From an uncultured virus (IMG/VR IMGVR_UViG_3300001346_000004) (taxonomy: Duplodnaviria > Heunggongvirae > Uroviricota > Caudoviricetes): DNA of 64,000 nt. Below are positions 47,794-57,494 of the stretch, piece by piece; position 1 is the first letter of the stretch; each line of letters opens with the position of its first letter. A model generated the notes under the pieces. The model did no database searches and was not told where the DNA came from. It worked only from the letters and a program-made list of their open reading frames with translations. The stretch lies in IMG/VR virus record IMGVR_UViG_3300001346_000004; one strand, given 5' to 3'. The position numbers and the translations under genes are program-made.

Positions 47794-48996
47794 ATGTTAA
47801 ACAAGTTTTTTATTGAAGAAATATTCTTGGAATTTTATTCCACTATGCAAGCAAACCGTCTTGGTATGCAACCTCATGATTTAAGAGCAGCATCTAGTTT
47901 TAATTTAACATTAGCAGAAGGTAAAGATATTACAGAAAAGCAAGGTGCATACATTTTAAAAATACTTACAAAGTATAGAAATACTTGCGCTCAGTTTTAC
48001 GATTATAGAGACTTATTAGAAAATCCTGTATGGGCTAAACCTTTTAGAACAGTTGATAACAGAAAACTAGTATGGGTTGAACAAGACGAAGATAAAACGC
48101 ATTGGATTTGCTTAAAGTTTCCTTTTGCGTTTAAGGCAGAGTTTGATGAAAGCATTGGAAAATCTGATGAATACATGATTGCTAAGAGTCTTTGGGATCA
48201 AGAAAGAAAGGTTAGAAAATTATCGTTGTATGATTTTAATCTAGTAAATCTAATTGAGTTTTTAAAAAATAAAGACTTTGAAATAATGGACAGTGCAATT
48301 GAAGCACTATCACAAGTTGAAGAAATTTGGAACAATCAAGATCAATATTTAAAAACAATGTCAGATATAAATGGCGAAATTAGATTGCATAATGCTGTTG
48401 ATGAAACACAAAGGTACTTTAATAAGCATAAAAATAATAGGACAAATAATGATTTGATGCTTGCTAAAAATTTAGGACATCTTTATTACGGAAAGAAAAG
48501 TACAGTTTGGAAAAAAATAGCAAGTAATAAAACAAATATATTTCATTGTAGTGATATACAAAAATTTCTAAAAATATGTTATGGAGTTACAGGAAAAATT
48601 GTTATTTTGCTAGACAAACCTTTACAAAATGCTCCTGATCATGCAATTGAATGGATTAAACAATTAGCAGATAACATTGATGCAGGCGGTTATAATAAAA
48701 TAGATTTTAGAGTTTGCTTCAGACCTAGTAACAAAACGGATAAAGATTTTAACAATTGGGTAAGCGAAAATGGCTTCGGCGGCAAGATTGATACTGCTAA
48801 ATTTTTAATATTCAGAGAAAAGCCTGCAAAGTGGTTGTTCAAAGACGAAAAAGATGTTATAATAGTTGCAAGTAACGAACTTCTACCTGGACTAAATTCA
48901 AGTGGTAAAGCAATGCTTAAATCACATCCTTGTGTAATATACATCGGTGATTATAAGCCTGTTAAACAATATGGAGAAACAATAGTTGAACTGTAA
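47794..48996 (+). CDS. Hypothetical protein
   Basis: 400-aa ORF preceding uvsW; no recognisable motif. Confidence 0.7.
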   Translation: MLNKFFIEEIFLEFYSTMQANRLGMQPHDLRAASSFNLTLAEGKDITEKQGAYILKILTKYRNTCAQFYDYRDLLENPVWAKPFRTVDNRKLVWVEQDEDKTHWICLKFPFAFKAEFDESIGKSDEYMIAKSLWDQERKVRKLSLYDFNLVNLIEFLKNKDFEIMDSAIEALSQVEEIWNNQDQYLKTMSDINGEIRLHNAVDETQRYFNKHKNNRTNNDLMLAKNLGHLYYGKKSTVWKKIASNKTNIFHCSDIQKFLKICYGVTGKIVILLDKPLQNAPDHAIEWIKQLADNIDAGGYNKIDFRVCFRPSNKTDKDFNNWVSENGFGGKIDTAKFLIFREKPAKWLFKDEKDVIIVASNELLPGLNSSGKAMLKSHPCVIYIGDYKPVKQYGETIVEL

Positions 48997-50437
48997 GTTA
49001 ATTATAAAAGACGAAGTAAACGTAAAGTTTGAAGGACTTGCTGTTGAAACACGCAGAAAGATTGTAAACAAACTTAAATTTGATTTACCTTATGCACGTC
49101 ATATGCCTGCCTTTAAACTAGGCAGATGGGACGGCACTGTCAGTTTCTTTGGTATTGGTGGTAATGGATTTGTAGCACATCTTGACATTGCATTGCCTAT
49201 AGTTGAAGAGTCAGGATATGATATAGAAGTAATAGATCAGCGCAATCCTACTAAATTAGACTTTGAGAAAATTACAGAAAATTATTGGGCCGACCAAGGT
49301 ATATGTTGGCCAGAAGGACATGCTGAAGCAGGCAAGCCTGTTATTCTTCGTGATTATCAATATGATGTAGTTAACAAGTTTTTAGAAAATCCACAAAGTT
49401 TACAAGAAGTAGCAACTGGCGCAGGTAAAACAATTACAACTGCTACCCTTTCGCATCTATGCGAGCCTTATGGTCGTACAATGGTTATTGTGCCAAATAA
49501 AAGTCTTGTTGTGCAAACTGAAGAAGATTATAAAAACTGTGGATTAGATGTAGGTGTATATTTTGGTGATAGAAAAGAATTAAATCATACACATACTATT
49601 TGTACATGGCAAAGTCTTAATGTGTTAGATAAGAAAAAACATGATACTGATAGCCTAACACTTGCTGAATTTACTGAAGGAGTAAGTGCAGTAATCATAG
49701 ATGAAGTGCATCAAGCAAAAGCAGACGTACTGAAAAAACTACTTACCGTAAACTTTCGTAATGCTCCTATACGTTGGGGACTAACTGGTACAGTGCCTAA
49801 GGAAAAGTGGGAGTTTCAAGGCATACTTGCAGGAATTGGTCCTGTAATTAATAACGTATCGGCACACGACTTGCAGGAACGAGGTGTGTTGGCAAAACTT
49901 GATATACAAATTGTACAAACAAAAGACATTGAAGAATTTAGAAATTATCAAGAAGAATATACATGGTTAGTTACAGATGAAAAGCGATTAACATATATTA
50001 GCAATCATATTAAGAAAGTTGCAAACAACGGTAATACACTTGTACTTGTAAACAGAATAGACACAGGTAATAAGTTAATAAAAAATATACCAGATGCTAC
50101 ATTTATCAAAGGGGATGTAAAACTTGATGACCGTAAAGAACAATATGACGAAATTAAAACAAGTGATGGCAAAATCATTGTTGCTACTTACGGAGTTGCC
50201 GCTGTGGGTATTAACATTCCTAGGATTTTTAACCTTGTTCTTATTGAGCCTGGTAAGTCTTTTGTTCGTGTTATTCAGTCAATTGGCCGCGGTATACGGA
50301 AAGCAGAGGACAAAGATTTTGTCCAGATTTGGGATATAACTTCTACTTGTAAATATGCAAAAAGACATCTTACAGAAAGAAAAAGATTTTACAGAGAAGC
50401 AAAATATCCACACTCAGTAACAAAGGTAGATACATGA
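48986..50437 (+). CDS. uvsW: SF2 helicase UvsW-like
   Basis: GRWDG, LRDYQ, ATGAGKT, IIDEVH, GLTGT, VGINIPR, QSIGRGIR. Confidence 0.9.
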   Translation: MNCKLIIKDEVNVKFEGLAVETRRKIVNKLKFDLPYARHMPAFKLGRWDGTVSFFGIGGNGFVAHLDIALPIVEESGYDIEVIDQRNPTKLDFEKITENYWADQGICWPEGHAEAGKPVILRDYQYDVVNKFLENPQSLQEVATGAGKTITTATLSHLCEPYGRTMVIVPNKSLVVQTEEDYKNCGLDVGVYFGDRKELNHTHTICTWQSLNVLDKKKHDTDSLTLAEFTEGVSAVIIDEVHQAKADVLKKLLTVNFRNAPIRWGLTGTVPKEKWEFQGILAGIGPVINNVSAHDLQERGVLAKLDIQIVQTKDIEEFRNYQEEYTWLVTDEKRLTYISNHIKKVANNGNTLVLVNRIDTGNKLIKNIPDATFIKGDVKLDDRKEQYDEIKTSDGKIIVATYGVAAVGINIPRIFNLVLIEPGKSFVRVIQSIGRGIRKAEDKDFVQIWDITSTCKYAKRHLTERKRFYREAKYPHSVTKVDT

Positions 50438-50970
50438 AAGTAAGCAACGACATAAAGATAAAACATGATGTAAAATTTACATCAGTTACTAGCGGAACAA
50501 GAGAGCACTTTGTTTCAGATATTGTAAAGAATAATAACTTAAAATTAGGTGCAGAAATAGGCGTACGAACAGGCAAAACAACTTTTCACATTTTAAATAA
50601 TAATGTACAGTGTGAAATGTATGCAATAGACAAAGATATAAACCAATTCTTTAATAATAATGTAAAAGAAAAATACGGTTACCGTTTAAAAACATACGAA
50701 ACAGATAGCAGAGTATCTCCAGATTTTGTCGAAGATTATTCTTTAGACTTTTTCTTTATCGATGCTTCGCACACATACAAAAACGTTAAAAAAGATTTAC
50801 AAGCCTGGTTACCTAAACTTAAACCTACAGGTTGGATGATGGGTCATGATATCGATTATCCATCTGTAGAAGCAGCAGTAAAAGATGTTATAGGATACTA
50901 CGAAGTTGGTCCTGATAATGTTTGGTTTGCCAAACAAGACAAGGTATACACAGGAATACAGGAGAACTAA
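50434..50970 (+). CDS. SAM-dependent methyltransferase (Methyltransf_24-like)
   Basis: GAEIGVRTG, LDFFFIDASHTY..VKKD..W.PKLK..G.M.GHD. Confidence 0.8.
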   Translation: MKVSNDIKIKHDVKFTSVTSGTREHFVSDIVKNNNLKLGAEIGVRTGKTTFHILNNNVQCEMYAIDKDINQFFNNNVKEKYGYRLKTYETDSRVSPDFVEDYSLDFFFIDASHTYKNVKKDLQAWLPKLKPTGWMMGHDIDYPSVEAAVKDVIGYYEVGPDNVWFAKQDKVYTGIQEN

Positions 50971-51476
50971 TGAGAATATTAACCTTAGAGAACAAAGCAT
51001 TTGACTTGAATGAATTGCCAGAAGAAGTTGAAGCAGATGCTAGATTTAGTGTGTTGGATAATTCGGATCCTAAGAATCCGGACTTCTTTTTCCAACCACT
51101 TATATTTTTAGAATCATTTAACAGCCCAGCCATACTGATGAAAATTGGTGGGCATGAAGTTAAGATGCCTTTAGATTGGTCAATACTAGTTGGAGATAGT
51201 GAAAGCGGGTCTGACCCAGAAATATTGCCGCTTACATCTATCAACGAAAGAGGATTTGAAGCATTTGTTTTTAATCCAATTAAAGGATATAAATTAGATT
51301 ATACTGATATAGAAATAATTAACATCTATCAAGATGTTAGATGGTATTTTCCTAAAATGAAAAACGGACAATTACTATCAGTACCACTACACAACGAGTA
51401 CAACCCACCATGTGCATTTTTTGTAAAAGAAATAAGCAGACAATCAGAAATAGTTTCTGTGGGAGATTTGATGTGA
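50970..51476 (+). CDS. Hypothetical protein
   Basis: TAATG-coupled start with AGGAG RBS; beta-rich composition. Confidence 0.65.
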   Translation: MRILTLENKAFDLNELPEEVEADARFSVLDNSDPKNPDFFFQPLIFLESFNSPAILMKIGGHEVKMPLDWSILVGDSESGSDPEILPLTSINERGFEAFVFNPIKGYKLDYTDIEIINIYQDVRWYFPKMKNGQLLSVPLHNEYNPPCAFFVKEISRQSEIVSVGDLM

Positions 51477-51512
51477 TAAGTATTGATAACGCCGAAAAGA
51501 AAAGGAAGGTAT

Positions 51513-51881
51513 ATGACTATGAAAGCAGGTAAAATATGGGGACAAACAGAACTCATTCATGCGAACGGTGTACTAGAGTTTCATCGTATTGAATATAAAG
51601 CAGGTTATAAATGTTCAGAACACGAACATCAATATAAATGGAACGGATTCTTTGTTGAATCGGGCAAGATGATTGTACGTGTTTGGCAAGATGCTGATCA
51701 AGAAGGACTAGTAGATGAAACTATTCTCGAAGCAGGTGAATTCACACAGGTAAAGCCAGGAAAGATACATCAGTTTGAAGGACTAGAAGATGGAGTTGCT
51801 TTTGAATTGTACTGGGCTGAATTTAATCATGACGATATTGTTAGACGCACTGTCGGAACTAAAATTAAAGGTAACAAATGA
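51513..51881 (+). CDS. Stand-alone cupin protein
   Basis: GKIWG, CSEHEHQYKWNGFFVESG, VKPGKIHQF, DDIVR. Confidence 0.8.
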   Translation: MTMKAGKIWGQTELIHANGVLEFHRIEYKAGYKCSEHEHQYKWNGFFVESGKMIVRVWQDADQEGLVDETILEAGEFTQVKPGKIHQFEGLEDGVAFELYWAEFNHDDIVRRTVGTKIKGNK

Positions 51882-52639
51882 AAGTAGGAATAATAGGTTA
51901 CGGTTGGATAGGAAAGGCAACACAAAAACTCTTTCCAGATGCACAAGTATATGACAAATATATAGAAGGGTATACGAAACCTTTAGAAAATTGTGACATT
52001 GCATTTCTTGCTGTACCTACTCCATGGAATCAAGGAGACGGACTAGATTGTTCTGCTGTAGAAGATGCAATAGCAACATGTGGTGCTGACTTTATTGTAA
52101 TTAGAAGTGCAACACAGCCAGGATTTGCAGACGAAATGGTTAAGAAATACAAAAAGAAAATAGTTGTACAACCAGAATACCTAGGCGAAACACCTAATCA
52201 TCCTTTCTTACAGATGGATTCAAGACAGTTTATGATTATAGGCGGTGAAGCAGAAGATAGAAGAAAAGTTATTGAATGCTATCAACAAGCCTACAATGCA
52301 AACGTCACTATTAGACAAGTAACAAGATACGAAGCAGAAATTATTAAATTTACAGAAAATCGTGCAATATTTTACAAGGTTATGCAGTGTCAAGAACTGT
52401 ATGATGCATGTGAAGCAGCAGGAGTAGATTACTACACAATACGTGATGCAGTTTACGGTGACGACCCAAGACAAAACTTATGGTTCAGTTTTGTGTTTCC
52501 TAAAAATAGAGGAGCCAACAGTAAATGCATTCCTAAAGACATTTACGGATGGTGTGCATGGGCAGAAAGCGTTGGTGTTGATCCTAAAGCAACAAAATCT
52601 TTACTAGAATACAATCAGTTTTTGCTCGGCAAAGATTAA
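51878..52639 (+). CDS. UDP-glucose/GDP-mannose dehydrogenase family protein (short form)
   Basis: VGIIGYGWIG, FLAVPTP, IRSAT.PG, PEYL, AEIIK..EN, D.R, SKCIPKD. Confidence 0.8.
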   Translation: MKVGIIGYGWIGKATQKLFPDAQVYDKYIEGYTKPLENCDIAFLAVPTPWNQGDGLDCSAVEDAIATCGADFIVIRSATQPGFADEMVKKYKKKIVVQPEYLGETPNHPFLQMDSRQFMIIGGEAEDRRKVIECYQQAYNANVTIRQVTRYEAEIIKFTENRAIFYKVMQCQELYDACEAAGVDYYTIRDAVYGDDPRQNLWFSFVFPKNRGANSKCIPKDIYGWCAWAESVGVDPKATKSLLEYNQFLLGKD

Positions 52640-52645
52640 TCAGAA

Positions 52646-53275
52646 ATGATTAATAAAATTACCACAGTTATAGCAGGCGATGCAAATTTTAAAAAATATG
52701 TAGACAAAGCAGTTGCATATTCTAAAAATGTTGGATATGATCCTGTAGTTTATGATTTAGGCGGACTAGGTTACGGAACTCCTTTCAATGCAAGGGTAAG
52801 TCCTAAAGTCGGAGCAAAAATACCGTCGAAACCAGGCCTAATTATGGAAACTTTGAAGACTGTCAACGACGGCGATTACGTTGTGTGGCTAGATGCTGAC
52901 GCACTTATAGAACAACCTATAGATGAAATAATGTTTGACTATGATATAGGTGTTACAGTAAGACAACCTAAACAAATTGAAAATAGTTTGCCTATAAATG
53001 CAGGAATAGTGTTTGTAAGAAAAACAAAGGCTGCTTTAGACTTCGTAGAACGATGGATGACACTGTGTGAGACAGGTATAAGCGACCAACAAGAACTAAA
53101 CAAGTTGTGCAAAGTAACAACTGAACATACAGACACCACAGTAATTAGAGGATACGTAAGAATACGTGTGTTTCCTTGTAAAATCTATAATAATTTTTAT
53201 TTTGCAAAAAAGAAAGTACCGCATGCAAAAATAAAACATTATAAAAGTAAACTAAGACATCTTTGGCCGGAGTAA
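52646..53275 (+). CDS. Nucleotide-diphospho-sugar transferase (GT-A)
   Basis: KPGLI, VVWLDADA, INAGIVF, SDQQELN. Confidence 0.75.
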   Translation: MINKITTVIAGDANFKKYVDKAVAYSKNVGYDPVVYDLGGLGYGTPFNARVSPKVGAKIPSKPGLIMETLKTVNDGDYVVWLDADALIEQPIDEIMFDYDIGVTVRQPKQIENSLPINAGIVFVRKTKAALDFVERWMTLCETGISDQQELNKLCKVTTEHTDTTVIRGYVRIRVFPCKIYNNFYFAKKKVPHAKIKHYKSKLRHLWPE

Positions 53276-53277
53276 AC

Positions 53278-54099
53278 ATGAAAATATTAGTAACAGGTAG
53301 TAACGGATACATAGGAAAACATTTATGTAAAATGTTACATGGAAAGTATGAATTACATGGAATTGATCTAGACGATGAAAGCCATACAGCGTATCTTACT
53401 AAGTATTTTCCAATTAATATTGATGAAAAATTTCAATTGACAGATGAATACGACTGTGTAATACACCTAGCAGCCTTAGTAAGAGTTGGAGAAAGTGTTA
53501 GCCACAGGTCAAGATACGAAAAAACAAATATAGTTGGAACACGCAACGTTTTAAACGGAGCAAATTACAAAAATTTTGTATTTGGATCAACTGGTGCTGC
53601 TGCAACACCTACATCTCCTTATGCTCTAACAAAATTAATGGCAGAAGGCGAAATAGAAGAAGTGTGTACCAATAATAACAAGCCGTACACTATGTTTAGA
53701 TTTTATAATGTAACTGGTACCGATGGATTTGCTGCAACCAATCCAGATGGTTTGTTCTTCAAACTAAATGAAGCCATTGAAACTGGTGAATTTTCAATTT
53801 ATGGTGGAGATTATGAAACTAGAGACGGTACAGCAATACGTGATTATGTACATGTCAACGAAATTTGCAATGCATTAGAAAAAGCAATTACTGCACCTTC
53901 CAATTCTATAGAAAATTTAGGACATGGTAAAGGTTATACAGTAAAAGAGATAGTAGACACTTTCAAAGAAGTAAACAAAGTGGAATTTGACGTAATTATT
54001 GAAGATAGACGTGAAGGAGATCCTCCAAAAAACGTTTTGGACTCAGTTTCAATTTATATGGAAGAACTTTACACATTGGAAGATTATCTAAAAATTTAA
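53278..54099 (+). CDS. galE: UDP-glucose 4-epimerase-like SDR
   Basis: ILVTGSNGYIG, HLAALVRVGESV, PYALTK, RFYNV, TRDGTAIRDYVHV, RREGDP. Confidence 0.82.
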   Translation: MKILVTGSNGYIGKHLCKMLHGKYELHGIDLDDESHTAYLTKYFPINIDEKFQLTDEYDCVIHLAALVRVGESVSHRSRYEKTNIVGTRNVLNGANYKNFVFGSTGAAATPTSPYALTKLMAEGEIEEVCTNNNKPYTMFRFYNVTGTDGFAATNPDGLFFKLNEAIETGEFSIYGGDYETRDGTAIRDYVHVNEICNALEKAITAPSNSIENLGHGKGYTVKEIVDTFKEVNKVEFDVIIEDRREGDPPKNVLDSVSIYMEELYTLEDYLKI

Positions 54100-54128
54100 T
54101 TGACAAACACTCTTTGTCATGTTAAAAT
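54100..54128 (+). promoter_or_regulatory. Sigma70-type promoter containing an inverted repeat
   Basis: TTGACA-17nt-TAAAAT; TGACAAA-cactc-TTTGTCA palindrome overlaps the -35 box. Confidence 0.65.
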
Positions 54129-54160
54129 AAAAGAGTAAATTTAACTAAAAGGAGAAGGTA

Positions 54161-54358
54161 ATGCTTCATAAAATTAGTCAAATGTGTGATAAAGTTAATG
54201 TTATGTACGATAAGTCCATGGTACTTAGACGTCTGAAATACGACACTCCAAAAGATCAAAGAGACAACGATCAAATAGATATGTTGGTTCAAGACATACA
54301 AGCACTAGCACGTGATATTGCAAATGACCAGTCGCCATATACAAAGTTGGATGACTAA
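54161..54358 (+). CDS. Small hypothetical protein
   Basis: AAGGAG RBS; downstream of a promoter. Confidence 0.7.
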   Translation: MLHKISQMCDKVNVMYDKSMVLRRLKYDTPKDQRDNDQIDMLVQDIQALARDIANDQSPYTKLDD

Positions 54359-54578
54359 GATATACGAATCTCCAGATAACGGAGAAACAATATTTGAACG
54401 TGATACAGAAACTGGAGTTAGAATCTGTATTGAAAAGAAAAAATATCCTGATTGGTATTTGGACGATCATGATTTTTCTGAAATACAGCATCTTGCAAAT
54501 AGGGGAAATAAGGCCTTGCAAAAAATGCTAAAAGAACTTAAACTAATATACAAATTGTCGAAGGATAGTGATGAGTAA
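54351..54578 (+). CDS. Small hypothetical protein
   Basis: MTKIYESPDNGETIFER...; overlaps both neighbours. Confidence 0.65.
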   Translation: MTKIYESPDNGETIFERDTETGVRICIEKKKYPDWYLDDHDFSEIQHLANRGNKALQKMLKELKLIYKLSKDSDE

Positions 54579-55041
54579 AGACGCAAAATTAAAACTAAAT
54601 GAAATACTTGGTGCTATTGATCTCAACGCAAAAGAAGTATGGGATGATTTGTCAGAAGAGCAACGTAAAAGTATTGTTTTCTTCACGCTTAACCGCTATA
54701 TAAGCAACGTACAAGGGTCTAGAGAAGATAAGGAGCACTTTGTACTGCTAGGCAACGAACGCTTTAATAAGAACCTTTTCCTGCTGTTAAACAAGCATAA
54801 TAAATTACTATGGCAACTAGCATGTAGTTGTGGTCATGAGTCAAAAAAGGTGTTTTTCCATAAATGGATGAAACTAACAAAAAGCAAAAACAAAAAGGCA
54901 GAGTTTTTAGGCAAACTGTATCCTAATATGAAACAGGTAGATTTGGATGCAATGAGTGAAATTACAACAGATAAAGAGATCAAAGAATACTGCAAAGAAT
55001 TAGGCTGGGATAAGAAAGAAATCAATGCAATCAAATTATAA
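54571..55041 (+). CDS. Hypothetical protein, possibly clamp-loader small subunit (gp62)-like
   Basis: Size, helical pattern, F.LNRY.S and K.FFHKW.K motifs; weak resemblance only. Confidence 0.4.
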   Translation: MSKDAKLKLNEILGAIDLNAKEVWDDLSEEQRKSIVFFTLNRYISNVQGSREDKEHFVLLGNERFNKNLFLLLNKHNKLLWQLACSCGHESKKVFFHKWMKLTKSKNKKAEFLGKLYPNMKQVDLDAMSEITTDKEIKEYCKELGWDKKEINAIKL

Positions 55042-55708
55042 ATGTCCATACTGTGGTAAGTCATTTTCAAAAGAGAAGACTCTGGCAGTACATGTGTGTG
55101 AACCGAAAAGACGTCATTTATCTAAAAACGAAAAGCATGTTCAACTGGCGCTTTTGACATACCAACGATTTTATGAAATTAGTCAACAACAGCAAGGTAA
55201 GACATTTGACGAGTTTGTGAAGAGTCCATACTATAATGCGTTTGTAAAGTTTGGAAGTTTTATGTCTAACGCTAACCCTATATACCCAGAAAAATTTATA
55301 GACTTTGTTATAAAGAGCGGAGTGAAACTAGATCATTGGTGCCGTGATGAATTATATGATACATATCTAAAAGAATTATTAAAAATTGAACCTGCTGATG
55401 GTGCAATACAAAGAACAATAAAAACTATGATGGATTGGGCAGACGATAATGAAGCAACATGGAATCATTATTTTAGTTACTGCAATCTAAACAGAGCAAC
55501 ACACGATATTAAAGAAGGCAAAATATCTCCATGGTTACTTTTACAAAGTAAGACAGGAAAAAAGATGTTGAAAACTATGAATGATGAACAACTATCAATA
55601 ATAGGAGATATTATTAGTCCCCAACACTGGATAGGCAGATTTAAAAAACTTCCTGCTGACGTTGAACTAGTCAAAGAAGTAATAGCGGAGGCAAAAATAG
55701 ATGGATAA
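55025..55708 (+). CDS. Protein with N-terminal zinc finger
   Basis: YKCPYCGKSFSKEKTLAVHVC. Confidence 0.7.
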   Translation: MQSNYKCPYCGKSFSKEKTLAVHVCEPKRRHLSKNEKHVQLALLTYQRFYEISQQQQGKTFDEFVKSPYYNAFVKFGSFMSNANPIYPEKFIDFVIKSGVKLDHWCRDELYDTYLKELLKIEPADGAIQRTIKTMMDWADDNEATWNHYFSYCNLNRATHDIKEGKISPWLLLQSKTGKKMLKTMNDEQLSIIGDIISPQHWIGRFKKLPADVELVKEVIAEAKIDG

Positions 55709-56300
55709 TAAATTACATGCAGACATGTGGTTTCCTAGTATCTTGTGGAGTACAATGCTTGAAGACATAGATAATAAAGCACTAGTTGAGTATGCCAATC
55801 AATTAAGAAGCCAAGATAGTGAAGGGCAACATCATAGTAACAGAACAGGATATCATAGTACTTACATAGAAAACAGTAACAACAATGCTTATATTAAACT
55901 ACTAGAAAGAATAAACAGTTGTGTAAATGAATGTGCAAAAAGTGTGCGATTAGGTGATGTAAAATTGGCAAACATATGGTTCATGATTAATGGCAAAGGA
56001 GCCTACAATATTCCACATACACATCCTGGATCAATTCTAAGCGGAGTGTATTATCCATATGCTATTCCAGGTATGGGTGCATTTGCATTTGAAAGAACAG
56101 ACGGAGCAGAACACTATCTACCAACAGTTCCAGAACCTACTCCATTTAATGTAGGAAATTGGCATTATCCAAGTGAGACTGGAAAATTACTTATATTTCC
56201 AAGTTGGTTACGTCACCATGTAGAACAGAATCAGATAGATGAAGAAAGAGTAAGTATTTCATTTAATTTTTCTAGTACAAGGGAGTATCAAGATGCCTGA
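55701..56300 (+). CDS. 2OG-Fe(II) oxygenase-like protein
   Basis: WFPS, WFMIN, PHTHPGSILSGVYY, LLIFPSWLRHHV, RVSISFN. Confidence 0.85.
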   Translation: MDNKLHADMWFPSILWSTMLEDIDNKALVEYANQLRSQDSEGQHHSNRTGYHSTYIENSNNNAYIKLLERINSCVNECAKSVRLGDVKLANIWFMINGKGAYNIPHTHPGSILSGVYYPYAIPGMGAFAFERTDGAEHYLPTVPEPTPFNVGNWHYPSETGKLLIFPSWLRHHVEQNQIDEERVSISFNFSSTREYQDA

Positions 56301-56865
56301 TATAGATATAGATTTTTTAGATAGAGAAAAAGCATTATCTCATTTTAAACATGTTCGTGCAAGACGTGAAGATGATGGTAAGGTACTTAAACACAACACA
56401 GGAGTTTACATGCACGAGGTTCCTTTTGATCCTAAAAATAACTTGTGTAGTATAGAGTATGACAAAGCCGAAGATAACGGTTTGTTTAAACTTGATTTCT
56501 TAAATGTATCGTTATACAAAGGNATCAAGAACGAAGAGCACCTAACAAAATTAATGGATAAGGAACCACTATGGGAACTACTAGAACAGGACGATTTCTC
56601 AAACTTGCTCTTTCACGTCAACGGACATGGTATCATATTAAGAAAACTGAAACCAACAAACATACCACAGTTGGCAGCGGTACTAGCGATGATACGTCCG
56701 GCGAAGAGACATCTGATAGAAAAGACGTGGACGGACATTATGAACGAGGTGTGGACGAAGCCTAAAGGTAATGAATACTTCTTTAAAAAATCTCATGCAA
56801 CAGCATATGCGGTAGCAGTTGTTGTACAAATGAACTTAATCTGCGAGCAATTATATGAACTATGA
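56293..56865 (+). CDS. Miniature DNA polymerase III alpha (DnaE)-like protein
   Basis: MPDIDIDF, KHNTGVY, FKLDFL, LAMIRP and FKKSHATAYA occur in DnaE order within 190 aa; one ambiguous base (n at 56523). Confidence 0.75.
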   Translation: MPDIDIDFLDREKALSHFKHVRARREDDGKVLKHNTGVYMHEVPFDPKNNLCSIEYDKAEDNGLFKLDFLNVSLYKXIKNEEHLTKLMDKEPLWELLEQDDFSNLLFHVNGHGIILRKLKPTNIPQLAAVLAMIRPAKRHLIEKTWTDIMNEVWTKPKGNEYFFKKSHATAYAVAVVVQMNLICEQLYEL

Positions 56866-57094
56866 AATGAACGATTATAGAAAACCCCCTAAAAAACCTA
56901 AGTTAGGTAAATGGCCTTTTTGGGTTGTTCCTGAATTCTGGGCATTACAATACGTAACAAGACTTGCATTGGTATTGTTTGTCCTGCCATTCTTGTTCGG
57001 CATGGCACTAACACCCGGTGGTATATTCTTAATGTTTATAGTGTATGATTATGTGACTTACCGCTCACTTAAGACGGCTTTCGGACTAGAGTAA
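56855..57094 (+). CDS. Small membrane protein
   Basis: Basic N-terminus followed by two hydrophobic segments. Confidence 0.6.
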   Translation: MNYEMNDYRKPPKKPKLGKWPFWVVPEFWALQYVTRLALVLFVLPFLFGMALTPGGIFLMFIVYDYVTYRSLKTAFGLE

Positions 57095-57440
57095 TTGACT
57101 TACGTTTTATTCTTTTAATAATAATATTGTTTAAACTTGTAACCGGACCATGCAAAACTCTTACATCTTTTGAAGTAAAATTGCGTATTGTGTATGCAAA
57201 CTGTTGTATTTCATTGCGTAAAAATATATTGATAGGAACTTGCCTGTTTGACTCCCACCACCATGCTTCTCCTAGCTCAAGCATCTTACTTTTCTCTTCA
57301 TCAGTACTACACAATTCATAGTCATAGAAGCTCGTAACATTGCTGTCTTGGTTTATTATTATTCCCACATATTCCTTGTCAGAGTGTGTTAATACGCTAA
57401 TAAACGGGAAGTTCTCTTGTAAATTTTTTGTTATTCTCAT
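57069..57440 (-). CDS. Hypothetical protein
   Basis: PFIS..EYVGIIIN..WWWESNRQVPINIFL; compact 123-aa ORF. Confidence 0.65.
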   Translation of the reverse strand: MRITKNLQENFPFISVLTHSDKEYVGIIINQDSNVTSFYDYELCSTDEEKSKMLELGEAWWWESNRQVPINIFLRNEIQQFAYTIRNFTSKDVRVLHGPVTSLNNIIIKRIKRKSITLVRKPS

Positions 57441-57494
57441 TCTTTTTTTAGATAGCTCTCATCGATAAATAGTATAAAGGTTCATGTTAAACAT

